Source of the DNA: a bacterium
GTDB lineage: Bacteria > Krumholzibacteriota > Krumholzibacteriia > G020349025
Length of the DNA: 64,000 nt
Assembly (NCBI GenBank): GCA_031362565.1
Contig: JANLSU010000070.1
Span: forward strand, 1 to 64,000
Reading direction: 5' to 3'
Made by a program: the position numbers and the translations under genes. Within the stretch, counting starts at the first letter, position 1; each line of letters begins with the position of its first letter. Below are positions 9,666 to 21,600 of the stretch, in pieces. Below the pieces are notes generated by a model. It was not told where the DNA came from and did not search any database. It saw only the letters and a list, made by a program, of their open reading frames with translations.

Positions 9666-10951
9666 GCTCCTGCACCCGCTCCCGCTGTTTCGAGAATCCG
9701 GCGTACGGCGCCGAGCACGTCGGCCCAGGCGTACGCCGCTTGTTCGCCGCTTTGTAAATCGCGCACCAGCGCTTCGCCGCGCCCCATCTCGTCATCGCCA
9801 AGCAACACGACGACGCGGGCGCGGGCCCGGTCGGCGCCGCGCATCTGCGCCTTGAGCGCCCGTCCGGAAAGATCCACCGTCGCCGGCGCGACGGTGCGCA
9901 GCGCCCGCGCCAGCACCAGTGCCCGCCGGCGGGCAGCGTCGCCGAGCGGCGCGACCCAAATCGCCGCACCGGCGGCGGGCACGGCGTCGCGCGCCCGCTC
10001 GGCCGCTTCGACCGCGACGAGAACGCGCTCGATGCCGGCCGAAAAACCCACCGCTGGAGTCGGCGGACCACCGCACGCTTCGAAGAGGCCGTCGTAGCGG
10101 CCGCCGCCACCGAGCGCGCTCTGCGCACCAAGCGCCGGATAGTGCACTTCGAAAGCCGTCCGCGTGTAGTAGTCGAGACCGCGCACCAGGCGCGGATTCT
10201 CCGTGAATGGCACGCCGAGTGTTTCGAGCCCGGCGCGCACGCTCGCGTGGTGGGCGCGGCACTCGTCGCACAACGAGTCGCGCAAGAGCGGCAAGCGTTC
10301 GACGACCGCCCGGCACGCGGGGTTCTTGCAATCGAACACCCGCAGCGGATTGGTCAGCGCGCGCTCGCGGCAGGTGTCGCACAAACCGTCGCGTTCCGAC
10401 TCGAGCGCCGCCCGCAGCCGTTCCTCGTACGCCGCACGGCAACCCGGATGCCCCACACTGTTGATCTCGGCGGCCAAATCCTCGAGCCCCAAGTCGTGCA
10501 GCATCGTCATCATGAGATCGATGGCCTCGACATCCAGTTCGGGCAACGGCGAACCGATGGCTTCGGCGCCCACCTGGAAGAACTCGCGATAACGGCCGGC
10601 CTGCGGCCGGTCATAGCGGTACATCGAGCCCAAATAATAGAGACGATGCACCCCCGGCTCGGCGCCCAGGTTGTTTTCCAGGAAGGCCCGCACGACCGGT
10701 GCGGTGCCCTCGGGGCGCAGCGTCATGCTGCGGCCCTTGCGGTCGGCGAACGTGTACATCTCCTTCGAGACGATGTCGGTGCCGGCGCCGACGCCGCGCA
10801 CGAACAGTTCCGTCTCCTCGAAGAGCGGGGTGCGAATCTCGCCGTACCCATAAGCGTCCAAGCAGCGCCGCATCGATTCGGTGACACGCCGCCATTGCAC
10901 GGCGGCCGGCGGCAGCAGGTCCTGGGTGCCTCGCGGTCGTTGAAACGGCAT
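9662..10951 (-). CDS. hisS: Histidine--tRNA ligase
   Basis: RPRGTQD, LRPEGTA, RYDRPQAGRYREF, LVRGLDYY, GGGGRYDGL; start moved to MPFQRPRG. Confidence 0.96.
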   Translation of the reverse strand: MPFQRPRGTQDLLPPAAVQWRRVTESMRRCLDAYGYGEIRTPLFEETELFVRGVGAGTDIVSKEMYTFADRKGRSMTLRPEGTAPVVRAFLENNLGAEPGVHRLYYLGSMYRYDRPQAGRYREFFQVGAEAIGSPLPELDVEAIDLMMTMLHDLGLEDLAAEINSVGHPGCRAAYEERLRAALESERDGLCDTCRERALTNPLRVFDCKNPACRAVVERLPLLRDSLCDECRAHHASVRAGLETLGVPFTENPRLVRGLDYYTRTAFEVHYPALGAQSALGGGGRYDGLFEACGGPPTPAVGFSAGIERVLVAVEAAERARDAVPAAGAAIWVAPLGDAARRRALVLARALRTVAPATVDLSGRALKAQMRGADRARARVVVLLGDDEMGRGEALVRDLQSGEQAAYAWADVLGAVRRILETAGAGAGA

Positions 10952-10965
10952 GCTCGCCTCGATCG

Positions 10966-11364
10966 TCAGTTGGGAATGCTCCGGCGCCGCGGGCGCGCGC
11001 TCCACAAGGTCCATGCAAGAGCCCCGAGCGCCGCGCCGACGGTATCGGCAAGCACATCGAGCGCACTCACTTCGCGCCCCGGTGTGCCCGACTGATACGA
11101 CTCATCGATGGCACCGATCAACAGTCCAAGCAATGCGCCGCTGAGGAGCGCCCGGCGGCGCGATACGCCCGCCAACTGCGCCCGCGCGAACAGAATGCCC
11201 AGCACACCATATTCGCTCAGGTGGCAAAACTTGTCCGCCATGGGGAGCCCGACGTCGGGCGGGCCCAAGTCGGGGATCGAGGACAGCCCGAAGACCAGGG
11301 CGATCCACATCCCAAACGGGATCCAGGCCGAACGTCGCGATGGTCGACCCGTCATCCCAGGCAC
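10966..11364 (-). CDS. VanZ family membrane protein
   Basis: DKFCHLSEYGVL, DESYQSGTPGR..SALDVLAD motifs. Confidence 0.85.
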   Translation of the reverse strand: MPGMTGRPSRRSAWIPFGMWIALVFGLSSIPDLGPPDVGLPMADKFCHLSEYGVLGILFARAQLAGVSRRRALLSGALLGLLIGAIDESYQSGTPGREVSALDVLADTVGAALGALAWTLWSARPRRRSIPN

Positions 11365-11440
11365 CTCACCCTTCGAACCGGCGATGATAGCGACGCCGGG
11401 GAGCGCCTGGCAAGGCGACCAGCAAACAGCGCGGGGAGGC

Positions 11441-11836
11441 TTACTTGCGGCGGCCGACCGGCAGTTCGACCAGGACCGGCTCGGCGACGCGCACCACGGT
11501 GAGATGCGCGAAACCGCCGAGCGCGACCGACGACGGGCCCGGCGAGAAGCGGACGACGGGGATGCGGGCCCGTGACAGATCGAGGCGCAGTTCCGCCTTG
11601 GGCCACACGTGTTGGAGGACGAATTCCTGGGCCGCCCCCGACAGCACGACCCGGGCTTCGCGCGGCGGATCGGCGAGCAGCATCAAAGTGTCGGGCAGGT
11701 TCACACAGCGCACCGGCAGTGACACTTCGCGCTCGACGATCTTCGTGCCGTGCACGAACGACCAGAGCAGCAACGCCAGCACCAACGACAAGATCTTGAG
11801 TCCGAGATTCTGCCGCCACCCATCCACCCGGCGCAT
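11441..11836 (-). CDS. CdaR/YbbR-like protein (single repeat)
   Basis: NLGLKILSLVLALLLWSFV anchor typical of YbbR/CdaR, followed by one beta-rich domain. Confidence 0.7.
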   Translation of the reverse strand: MRRVDGWRQNLGLKILSLVLALLLWSFVHGTKIVEREVSLPVRCVNLPDTLMLLADPPREARVVLSGAAQEFVLQHVWPKAELRLDLSRARIPVVRFSPGPSSVALGGFAHLTVVRVAEPVLVELPVGRRK

Positions 11837-11838
11837 GC

Positions 11839-12462
11839 TCACGGCTCCCGGTACAACGCCTTGATCTGACTCCAGGACTGCGGGACGACGGCGGTCGTAC
11901 ACCAGCAGTGTTGGGCGCAATTCAACACCGCGTCGATGCCGGGGGCCGCAAACCGGCGTAGGTCGCTGCCGGTCGGGTCGTGTGGATTGCAGACCCGGAA
12001 CTGCGGATCCTGGGTCGCCGTCGAATCGGTCCCGAATCCCTCCAAGTGCAGCCGCAGGTCGGGGCGAGGGGTGTCGCCAAAGCTGAGGTCGTCCAGAACG
12101 AACTCTGCCACTTGGAAGGGCGAGGGCCCGGAGAGGCATTCGCGAAAGCGGACCGCAAGACCAGACGACAAGTCACCCTGCGCTTCGATCACGACCCTGG
12201 AACGCGGAAACACCAGCGACTGGTCGTGCACGGAGATCAGCAGCGGAAACTGCACCCGGAGCAAGACGCCGCTGATCGACGAGTCCGGCGGAATGAACGC
12301 GAACAAGTACGCGCGCACCGACCCGAACGGCACGATCGGCGCGCTGCAGACCGTCGCTTGCGGGTCGAAAAACACGCCGATGCGCTGGCCCAGCAAATGC
12401 GTCGGCGCCACGAGCAATACCGCCACAGTCGCGGCCCCGAGTCGGAACAACCAGTGCTTCAC
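11839..12462 (-). CDS. Secreted hypothetical protein with C-terminal SWSQIKALYR motif
   Basis: GTG start after CAGGAG RBS, signal peptide, IGVFFDPQATVC, C-terminal TAVVPQSWSQIKALYREP. Confidence 0.75.
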   Translation of the reverse strand: MKHWLFRLGAATVAVLLVAPTHLLGQRIGVFFDPQATVCSAPIVPFGSVRAYLFAFIPPDSSISGVLLRVQFPLLISVHDQSLVFPRSRVVIEAQGDLSSGLAVRFRECLSGPSPFQVAEFVLDDLSFGDTPRPDLRLHLEGFGTDSTATQDPQFRVCNPHDPTGSDLRRFAAPGIDAVLNCAQHCWCTTAVVPQSWSQIKALYREP

Positions 12463-12589
12463 GTGAATCTCCTGCGGCCTGGCGAGCCTGCTGCTATCGT
12501 AGGGGGCGTGGTGCCAGGGCGCAAGCCTTGCAGTGCGCTGCATCCGACCACGGCCACCGCGTGCGGCGGCGCGGCACACGGCCGCCGCT

Positions 12590-13741
12590 TCAGCCGCCCT
12601 CGCGCACGAATTGTTCGACGCCGGCGGTGAGCGACTCGGCATAGCGGCGCTGCGACGCGCTGTTGCGCAGCATCTGCGCGTCGCGTTTGTTGGTGATGAA
12701 CCCGAGTTCGACCAGCACCGACGGGCAGGCGATCGACTTCAGGACCGCCAGCGCACCCTGTTTCAGACCACGGCTGTCGTTGCCGGGAAGTGCTTCGAGC
12801 TTGTCGAGGACGGCTTCGCCCAGCCGCTGGCTCTCGCGCATGGCCTGGTTCTGTTTCATATTCCACAAGATGTCGACGATGGGCTGCACTTCTTCGCCCT
12901 TCGGCACGCCGCCGACCTGATCCGCGGCGTTCTCCCGGTCCTCGAGTTCGCGGGCCGCTTTGTCGGCGGCACCTTTGAGCGACAAGAAGAACACTTCGCT
13001 GCCGCGCGCCGACGCCGACGCCGCCGAGTTGAGATGAATGCTCATGAAGACGCGCGCGTCATAGCGGCGGGCGATCTCTTGGCGCTGTCCCAACGGGATG
13101 AAATAGTCACGCTGGCGCGTCAACACCGCCCGCATCCGCGGCCGCGACTCGATCGCGCCGGCCACGAGCTTCGCGACATCGAGCGCCACGTCCTTCTCGG
13201 CCAGGCCATTGCCGCTGCAGCCGGGGTCGTTGCCCCCATGCCCGGCGTCGATCGCGACGATGATGTCGCCGCTTTTGCGCACCGACTCTTCCTCGCGCTC
13301 CTGGGCGGTCTTTTCATCGGCGGTCAGCGTCTTGCGCAGATCGAGCACGATGCGGTGCTGTTCACCGCCGGCATTCGGCGCCAACGGGAAGGCGGTGAAA
13401 TCGGCGTCGCGGACCAATTCCACCCGCATGAGCACCGAAGTCGCGGTGTTCTCGAAGACGATGCGATGGACGAGCCCATCGTCGACGAGGGCTTCGAAAT
13501 CGGCGCACTGGGCGCCCAGAATCTCGACGACGACGCGCTGATCGGGATAGGCACGGGTCGCGAACTGGGCGGGGGCGTCGAGTTCGACGACCAGCCGGGT
13601 GTGATCGGGGGCGCTCCAGCGCCGCATCCGGCGTACGCGCAGGGTTGCCGCGACGACGACCCCGGAGGGCAACGCCACCCAGACCGGCAACGCGACGAGC
13701 AGTCCCAAGAAATGTCGTCTGGAGAGTTCGATCGTGCGCAC
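12590..13741 (-). CDS. N-acetylmuramoyl-L-alanine amidase (AMIN + Amidase_3), Tat-exported
   Basis: SRRHFL twin-arginine signal, IDAGHGG, EKDVAL, SIHLNS, SVLVELGFITN. Confidence 0.92.
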   Translation of the reverse strand: MRTIELSRRHFLGLLVALPVWVALPSGVVVAATLRVRRMRRWSAPDHTRLVVELDAPAQFATRAYPDQRVVVEILGAQCADFEALVDDGLVHRIVFENTATSVLMRVELVRDADFTAFPLAPNAGGEQHRIVLDLRKTLTADEKTAQEREEESVRKSGDIIVAIDAGHGGNDPGCSGNGLAEKDVALDVAKLVAGAIESRPRMRAVLTRQRDYFIPLGQRQEIARRYDARVFMSIHLNSAASASARGSEVFFLSLKGAADKAARELEDRENAADQVGGVPKGEEVQPIVDILWNMKQNQAMRESQRLGEAVLDKLEALPGNDSRGLKQGALAVLKSIACPSVLVELGFITNKRDAQMLRNSASQRRYAESLTAGVEQFVREGG

Positions 13742-13818
13742 GTCCCAAAAGCCCCCGCGTCCGCGTCCCCGTGAACGCTCACTCTAGCGCGGGCCGCTGC
13801 GGCACGGAAAGGATTGCG

Positions 13819-14769
13819 TCAGTCGACGACGACGTCCGTCGGCAGCACGTAGTCCATGGGATCGACCTGGAAGCCGTTCCGCAGAACTTCGTAGTGGCAA
13901 TGACAGCCGCTCGACTTGCCCGTCGAGCCAACGCGGGCGATGAACTCGCCGCGCTTGACGCGCTGGCCGGCTTGCACGAGCGTCCCGCTGCAGTGCGCGT
14001 AGCGGGTCACGACACCGTTGCCGTGATCGACCTCGACGACGATGCCATAGGTGCCGAAGCGTCCGGCGAGCGTAATGACGCCGTTGGCGGTGACCCGAAT
14101 CGGAGTGCCGGGGCGGGCGGCAAAGTCGATGCCGCGGTGCATCGCCGCATTGCCCGTGAACGGATCCATGCGCCGTCCAAAATGACTGGTGATCGTGCCG
14201 TTCTGGAGCGGCCGCACCGACGGCGTGTAGTCCCAGACGCGGCGCTTCTGTTCGAGAGCGGCGAGAATCTCGCCGTAGCTTTCCTTCTGCATGCGGGACT
14301 GGCGGAGCAACTGGGCCAGATCGCGGCTCGCGCTCTCGACATCCACCCGCACATCCGACGACAAGCCTTCGATGGAACTGAGCGTCGGCGCCGGACCACC
14401 GACGCCGGCCTGCAGCACTTCGGAATCGAATTCTTCCAAGCTGGCCACGACGCGCAGGCGTTGCTGCACTTCGAGGCTCGACTTCATCTCGCCTTGCATC
14501 GTCGCGACCTGGCTCTGGATGTCGTTCAGGCGCTCGCGCAATTGGAGATTCTCGCCGCGCAGCGTCAGGAGCTGGCGTCCTTCGGCGGCGGCGCGCAGAT
14601 ACCGCGCACCCGTGAAACCGGCCAAGCCGAGCGTCGCGAGAACGCCGCCGGCCAAAACGTAGAAGAAGACCTTCGGCACCATGAACTGGCGCACGGAGGC
14701 GTTATCCGGCACGTATAGGAACGTGAGCTTCTTACCGCCGAACGGTCGCGAAAGCAGCGATCGCAGCAT
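13819..14769 (-). CDS. M23 family peptidase with coiled coil
   Basis: TM + coiled coil, HRGIDF, YAH, GSTGKSSGCHCHYEV. Confidence 0.9.
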   Translation of the reverse strand: MLRSLLSRPFGGKKLTFLYVPDNASVRQFMVPKVFFYVLAGGVLATLGLAGFTGARYLRAAAEGRQLLTLRGENLQLRERLNDIQSQVATMQGEMKSSLEVQQRLRVVASLEEFDSEVLQAGVGGPAPTLSSIEGLSSDVRVDVESASRDLAQLLRQSRMQKESYGEILAALEQKRRVWDYTPSVRPLQNGTITSHFGRRMDPFTGNAAMHRGIDFAARPGTPIRVTANGVITLAGRFGTYGIVVEVDHGNGVVTRYAHCSGTLVQAGQRVKRGEFIARVGSTGKSSGCHCHYEVLRNGFQVDPMDYVLPTDVVVD

Positions 14770-15075
14770 GCCGATTGCGCTCCTCGAGTTAACGGCCGGC
14801 GGTGCCGGAGGGTGGTTGATCAGGGAACGAACGATCCAAACGAACGTTCCAGTTCCGAACCCCATGCACTCTGCCGTCCCGACGCTACACGGTCAAGGCA
14901 TCTTTCGCGCCAGAACGGCGCGCGGAGGCCGTTTGCGGCCCGGGGTTCGGGCACCGACAACTGCCGAAACATTTGTCGAATGGTAACTTGACTCTGCATG
15001 TCGGGACGCGGCTGGCCATGAGCCGGCCGCGGCCCGATTTCCAGACGTACCTTCCGCGGCGCTCCGCATCACCCG

Positions 15076-15933
15076 TCAACCCTGGATATAGGCCTCCAGG
15101 CAGCCACTCCCCGTTGCGTCGCGCAACTTGCCGAGCGCCTTCTCCTTGATTTGACGAATGCGTTCGCGCGTCAGGCCCATGGTCGCCCCGATCTGCTCGA
15201 GCGTCAGCGGCTCCAGGCAGTCGATGCCGAAGTACAGGCGCAGGATCTTCTCTTCACGCGTGTCGAGTGCCGCCAGCGCTTGCCGCAAGTCCTGCTCGAG
15301 CGTGTGTCCGAAGGTCACCGCGTCGGGGCGCGCCGAGGCGTCGTCCGGCAGACAATCCATAAGCGAGTTGTCTTCGTCCTCCTCGAACGGGTCGTCGAGC
15401 GACACATAAGTACTCGAGATCGCGAGCGTATCGCGCACTTCGTTGCGCGGCAGATCGACCTTCTTGGCGATCTCGTCCACCGTCGGCTGGCGACCGAGTT
15501 CCTGAGTCAGGCAGCGCACCGTGCGCCCAATACGATACAGCGTACTGGCGCGGTTCAGCGGCAACCGCACGATGCGCGACTGCTCGGCCAGCGCTTGCAG
15601 CATGGCCTGGCGCACCCACCAAACCGCATAGGAGATGAACTTGAAGCCGCGTCCGTAGTCGAAGCGCCCGGCGGCTTTGATGAGCCCCAGGTTGCCCTCG
15701 TTGATCAGGTCCTCGATCGAGAGTCCCTGATTGGCGTACTGCTTGGCGATGGAAACCACGAAGCGCAGATTGGCGCGCACGAGGTGGTCGAGTGCGGCGG
15801 GATCCCCGGCCTGCACGCGCTTGGCGATTTCGACTTCCTGCTCGCGCGTCAGCAACGCCGTGGCGTTGATTTCGCGCAAGTAGACGTCGAGACTGCGTTC
15901 GGCATTCGGCCCACGATGGCTCGGTGCGGACAT
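15076..15933 (-). CDS. Sigma-70 family factor (RpoD/RpoS-like, short, no region 1.1)
   Basis: [51 protein letters not shown]. Confidence 0.93.
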   Translation of the reverse strand: MSAPSHRGPNAERSLDVYLREINATALLTREQEVEIAKRVQAGDPAALDHLVRANLRFVVSIAKQYANQGLSIEDLINEGNLGLIKAAGRFDYGRGFKFISYAVWWVRQAMLQALAEQSRIVRLPLNRASTLYRIGRTVRCLTQELGRQPTVDEIAKKVDLPRNEVRDTLAISSTYVSLDDPFEEDEDNSLMDCLPDDASARPDAVTFGHTLEQDLRQALAALDTREEKILRLYFGIDCLEPLTLEQIGATMGLTRERIRQIKEKALGKLRDATGSGCLEAYIQG

Positions 15934-16078
15934 GACCCTCTCCTTCGGCGAATTAGACGTACGTCGCGGGACCGGAGTGGGGTCGAGCCTCGCGACGGGG
16001 AGTGATTTTTTTCCTTCGGCCCTTTCTGCGTGGGGATGTGACCCGGGACTCGTGGGGGATCCCGGTCGGATCGTTGCG

Positions 16079-17548
16079 CTATGGCGTCGGGGTCAACGCC
16101 ACGTAGCGCACCGTACCTCCGTCCTTGACCTTGAACGTGATCGGCTTGTCGCGGTCCTTCAACTCATCTCGAATACGGTTGTAGTCGGCCAGGCCGCCGA
16201 TCTCCTGATTGACGATCTCGAGAATCACGGCGCCGGGGCCAAGCCCCTTCTTCGCCGCCACACTCGTCGGGTCGACCTCGGTGACAACGACTCCGCGGTC
16301 TTCGCCTTCCAGCGTGAACTTGTCGTGTGCCAGCTTCGACGTGATGTCGACGACGGTCATGCCGAGCCAGGCGGATCCGCCGGCTTCGGACTCGGCGAGC
16401 GTGTGCTCGTCGTATTCGCCAAGCGTCACGCTCACATCGCGGTACTTGCCGTTCCGGAACACCTTGAGCGCCACCTTCTTGCCGACGTCGGTCGCGGCCA
16501 CCAGAAGCTTGAACGCCTTGGAGTGCTGCACCGGCTTGGCGTCGAATTCGACGATGACATCGTCCACCTGCAGACCGGCCTTCGCCGCCGGGCTTTGTTC
16601 CTGCACATCGGTCACCAGCACGCCTTCGCTGATCTCCCAATCCTTACCTTCGGCGACTTCCCGGGTCAGGTCTTCCAGGAAAATGCCCAGGTAGCCGCGG
16701 CGCACATGGCCGGTCGCGATGAGCTGCTGCGCGACGCTCGCCGCCAGATTGATGGGGATCGCGAAGCCGATCCCCTGCCCTTGAGTGTTGAGCGCCGAGT
16801 TCATGCCGACCGCTTCGCCACGAATGTTGACGAGCGGTCCGCCGCTGTTGCCGAAATTGATCGACGCATCGGTCTGGATGAAGTCCTGCAGGTCGATCTC
16901 GGCGCCAAGGATGTTGAGATCGCTGCGCCCCTTGGCGCTGATGACACCGACCGTCACGGTGCCGGCGAGTTGGGCGCCGAATGGATTGCCGACCGCGATC
17001 GCCCAGTCGCCGATCTTGATTTCGTCGCTGTCGCCGAGTTTGATCGCCGGGAACGGTTTGCCGTCGCGAGCGCGCTCGGTGATGCGAATGACTGCGATGT
17101 CGGTGCGCGGGTCGGAACCGACGAGTTCACAGGCGTATTTCTCGCCGTTCAAGAAGGTCGCTTGCAGCCCATCGGCGCCTTCGATGACGTGATTGTTGGT
17201 CAGGATGTAACCGCGCGGATCCATGACGAAGCCCGAGCCGGAGCTCGGCGCCTCCGAGCGGCGCTTGTCGCGCGGCGTGAAGTCGTGGAAAAAATCGTCG
17301 AACGGGCCGCCGCGGCGCCGCGCAGCCGCACCGGCCTTCCGCACTTCGATGTAGACGACCGCCGGACTGACGATCTCGGCAACGCGCGCGAAAGGGCTGT
17401 GGAATTCGCCGTACGGACCGGCGTCGACGCTGCGCTGGACGCCGTTGGCAAACGCCGGCTGCTGCGGGTCGGCGCTTGCCGAGCCCAGCAGAAGTGCGGC
17501 AACGACCGCCGCAGCACCAATCCCGCGACTGCGATACACCCTGGCCAT
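16079..17548 (-). CDS. Do/DegP-family serine protease with two PDZ domains
   Basis: [32 protein letters not shown]; start at MARVYRS after GAAGG RBS. Confidence 0.92.
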   Translation of the reverse strand: MARVYRSRGIGAAAVVAALLLGSASADPQQPAFANGVQRSVDAGPYGEFHSPFARVAEIVSPAVVYIEVRKAGAAARRRGGPFDDFFHDFTPRDKRRSEAPSSGSGFVMDPRGYILTNNHVIEGADGLQATFLNGEKYACELVGSDPRTDIAVIRITERARDGKPFPAIKLGDSDEIKIGDWAIAVGNPFGAQLAGTVTVGVISAKGRSDLNILGAEIDLQDFIQTDASINFGNSGGPLVNIRGEAVGMNSALNTQGQGIGFAIPINLAASVAQQLIATGHVRRGYLGIFLEDLTREVAEGKDWEISEGVLVTDVQEQSPAAKAGLQVDDVIVEFDAKPVQHSKAFKLLVAATDVGKKVALKVFRNGKYRDVSVTLGEYDEHTLAESEAGGSAWLGMTVVDITSKLAHDKFTLEGEDRGVVVTEVDPTSVAAKKGLGPGAVILEIVNQEIGGLADYNRIRDELKDRDKPITFKVKDGGTVRYVALTPTP

Positions 17549-17877
17549 GCGCCCTTCCTCCGAAGGCAGCCGACCTACGAGCACGAGTCCTTCGACGTGG
17601 GGATCAGCGCGTCCGTTTGGGGTAGACGCACATATTCGCGAGGTCCGGCCGGAAGTATGGGGGCTCCCGGGCGCCTGACACATCGAAGCCTCGCGACACT
17701 AGAATGGTACGACCCACCCCGGACCGATGTCAAGCCGCCCAACCCCGGACCTTTTGCACCCAAGCCCTGGTGCGTTGCCCCCCGCCGCTCATCCTGCTAG
17801 CGTCCCCGCCCAGCCCCGGCTCGGGCGCGAAGCCGCACCCCCATGGGTCAGGGCTGCGAACGCTGGGAGTCGTGCGA

Positions 17878-18633
17878 ATGCTCGAGACGGCGCCAATCGT
17901 CTTCGTCTCCGATGCCCACTTCGGGTCGGGTGCCGACGAACCGGCGCGCCGCGCCAGCTTTGTCCGCTTCCTGGACGCCCAGCACGGCAGCGGCCGGGTG
18001 GTGATCGTCGGCGATCTCTTCCAATTCTGGTTCGATCTGGGCGCCACGATGCCCAAAGGCTATTTCGACGTCCTCGATGCGCTGTACCGGCTGCGGCGCT
18101 CGGGAACGGGCGTCGACTATCTCGCCGGCAACCACGATTTCTGGCGCGGCGACTTCTTCCGGCGTGAACTCGACATCGAGGTGCACGCCGGAGCCCTCGA
18201 GATCAGCGCTCAGGGCCGCCGGGTGTACGTCACCCATGGCGACGGCCAGGGGCCCGGCGACGCGGGGTACAAACTGTTGCGCCGCGTCGTCCGCTCGCCG
18301 CTCGTCATCGGCGCCGCCCGCCTCACGCACCCGGACCTCGTGCACGCCTTCGCGCACGCGGCCGGACGGTTCTCGCGCGCCCATACCGATCAACGCGCCC
18401 CGGACGAGGCGCGGCTTCTAGAGGTCGCGGGCGCCGCATGGGGGCGCGGTTTCGATTCGGTCGTGCTGGGGCACGTGCACGTGCAATTGCACCGCCGCAC
18501 CGCGGCGGGGGAATTCATCGTCATCGGTGATTGGCTCGACCTGCGATCGTACGTCGTCCTGCAAGGTGGCACGTTCACGGCGGCGCGTTGGGACGGCGGC
18601 AAAGATCAGCGCGCCACGACGACCCGTCCCTGA
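17878..18633 (+). CDS. lpxH: UDP-2,3-diacylglucosamine diphosphatase (LpxH-like metallophosphoesterase)
   Basis: FVSDAHFG, GDLFQFW, GNHD, THGDG, GHVH. Confidence 0.8.
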   Translation: MLETAPIVFVSDAHFGSGADEPARRASFVRFLDAQHGSGRVVIVGDLFQFWFDLGATMPKGYFDVLDALYRLRRSGTGVDYLAGNHDFWRGDFFRRELDIEVHAGALEISAQGRRVYVTHGDGQGPGDAGYKLLRRVVRSPLVIGAARLTHPDLVHAFAHAAGRFSRAHTDQRAPDEARLLEVAGAAWGRGFDSVVLGHVHVQLHRRTAAGEFIVIGDWLDLRSYVVLQGGTFTAARWDGGKDQRATTTRP

Positions 18634-21600
18634 CGGACGCCGGTGCCATCGCGCGCCACGAACACATAAGTGCCCGACGCCACCCGCCCACCCGCCGAGT
18701 TGCGCAGGTTCCATCGCAAGCCGCCATCCGCTGCGCCGCTCAGATCGCGCACCAACTGGCCTTCCACATCATAGATGCGGACCCGGGTCTGCGGCGTCAC
18801 ATCGGCAAAGACGACTTCCTCCGGATCTTGCGGCCGGACGGGATTCGGTGCTACCCGCATGAAGGCGACGCCGCGGCCGTTTTGTGCCACGTGGTAGTCG
18901 AGTTCCGGATGGACGAGCGGCGTCCCGTCCGCGGCCTGCAGCGCCGCGCCGACCCGCACGAAAAAGGCGGCGCCGAGCGCTAGGAGCGGCGCGCCGGGGG
19001 CGAGCCGGAGTTGCACCGTCGCGGAGTCGGCGAGCGTCGCGGTCGCAACGGCGAGTTGCACCGTCGAGCGGCGCACGATGAAATTCCCTGCCAGCACGGT
19101 AGCCGGATCGACGGCACGTCCGAAGACGACCGCGAAACCATTCGCCTCGGCATGCACGCCACGCACCGCGAAAGGCGGCGGTGGACGCGTCGCGACGATG
19201 GCGATCGCCGCGCCCGCGGCTCTGAACCGGCCCTTTTGGTCGTCGCGCACCCGAGCGGCGCGAATGACGGTCGTGCCGAGCGGCAGCGGTGCGTCGAGCA
19301 CGAGTTCGATGTCGCGCCCGTCGCCTACGAGCCCCGCCTGGAGCACGTGCGGGCCGGCACCCGCGGCCGGTTCGAGGCGCCACGCATCCGGTGCCAGGGC
19401 GCTCGGGCCGAAGCGATTCGATGCGGTGACGCGCAGACTCTCACGGCCGAATTGCACCGCCCGGACGAGGCGCGGTAAGGCCTGTGTGTGCACGTCGACG
19501 CGGTTCGTCCGGCCCTGCACCACCAAGCCGGCGACCGCTTCGACCTCGTAGGAATAGTCGGCGTCCGCTACGGCGGTCGAATCGATCCACGTCGCCGTAC
19601 TTGTTTCGCCGAGCGTGTCCCAAACATTGGCGTGCAAACGCCGCACCCGTGAGGTGAGCGCGACATTCGGCGTCCAGCGCAATTGCACCCGCGTCGAGCC
19701 GAGCGACTCCGTCTCGAGATCCGCGAGTTCGCCGGCCGCGGCGCCGGTGCGCCACCAGCGTGCGCCGTTGGACGAGCGGCAGACGACATCCAGGTGTGAA
19801 TCGCCATCCAAGTCGAGCAGAACCGGCGCATCGCCGCCGGCACCCGGCAGCTGCGTCACGTGCACGCCGTCGCGCTGCAGATAGAGATCGCTGCCGCGCA
19901 CGAGCGCGAGCCACGCCGTGTTGTCGAATGGATCGCGCGCCGCCGCACTTCCCGCTTGCAAATCGTTCTCGGGTCCAAGAAACGTCAGCGGCGGTCCTTG
20001 CACGAAGAATGCTCCGGAGCCATCCGGAAGGTACGGGATGAAATCGTACGGCGCGGTCGCGAAGCCATCGCCCGTGACGCTCGCGGACCGCTGGCGTCCG
20101 ACCAGGAAACCGCCGGTTGCAAGCGCCGTGAAGTCGTAGGCGTAGGTGCCTTGCGTGTCGGCCGTCCATTCCACCTGGAAGACGCCCGTCGCGTCACGCT
20201 CCCACACCGCGACATGGCCCTCGGCATCGCCGGACGCAATTTCGATGTGGCCATCGGCATCGAAGTCGCCCACTGCCGCGTCCGCACCGAAAACGTTGAA
20301 ACCGGCGCGGCTCGGATTCACGAGTGCCTGCAGCCGCCGCGGCGGCAGGGTGCGGACGTCGTCGTACACGAACAAACTGTCGTCGCTCGACAAGAGCGCT
20401 TCGAGCGGCGCATCGGCGTCGAGTTGAAACAGTCCCAGAACACGCTCGGCCGGAACCGACGCCAAGAGCGAGTCGGGAAAACCGCTTGCCGATCTCGACA
20501 CGAGCCAAACCGCCTGGCCCGCACGGGCCACGGAGCGTTGCGCCAGCACATCGTCGGCGCCATCGCCGTTGGCGTCGCCGGCGGCAACGGGCCGCATCTG
20601 GCGCCCGGCGTCGAAACGCAACGTCCACTGGCCGCTGTTGACACCCCACGCTTGCAGCGTCGTGAGCGAATCCGCGACCTGACCCCGGCCCCAGACGACC
20701 GCCGTACCGTCCGGCGCCCGGCCCGCCGCTGCCTCCGGCATGAACGCCGCGGTCGAGTCGCCACGCTCGACCTGCGCTTCACGCGGCCAACGCCCGAGCC
20801 CGGGCGGCGCGGTGGCGAGCGTGTCGAACGCGAGCCCCGCGGCGTTGGTGAGCGTCAATTGCCACGGGCCACTGCCGGTGCGTTGCGGAACCTCGATTTG
20901 CAAGCGCGTCGTCAGCCCGGCATCGGCGTCGTAGAGCGTGTCACCGGGGGCAATGCCGATGCGGGCCTGCACTTCTTCATCGGCCACGAGCGTCACGCAA
21001 TCGTGCGCCGCGCCACTCCGCCAACCGCTCGCGACGGCCAGGCTCTTGAGGCGCGGCGGTGTCGTATCGGATTGAAATGCGGTGTGCCGCGACAACGTAC
21101 GTCCGGCGCCTGTTTCGGCTGCCAATGTCACATCCCAGAGCCCCTCCGGTGGGACGGTGAACGGCATCGCCACGAGCGTATCGGCAACGACCGCCGCCGC
21201 GGTCCAAGCGCGGAGTTCGACATTCGGGCCGCCGGCGTGCGGCGCGGCGTCGACGCGCCAGCGCACGATGTCACTTCCCAACACGGTTCCAAGGAGCGTC
21301 ACGCGGCCACGGAAGTAGGCGCGGCTCGGCGCCAGAAATTCCACGAATGCGTCTGCGGATGCGTGCACCGATTGCAGCACGTCGACAACGCCGTGCCCGA
21401 CTGCGGCACTCCAATCGGCGCGCGTGGCGCGCCTCGCGCCAGCAATGAGCAACGTGCGCACCGCTTCGGCATCGGGATGATCCGGGCGCGACATCACAAT
21501 CGCCGCGGCGCCGGCGACATGCGGTGCCGCCATCGAAGTGCCACGCAAACGCGCCCGGCCGCCGCCGGGTGCCAAGCTCAAGATGCCGCCCTCGAACGTG

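Noticed and set aside
10966..11364. VanZ and APH-like (30934..31920) genes as antibiotic-resistance determinants
   Set aside because: Both are broad families; the context is housekeeping/glycan with no resistance cluster or mobile element.
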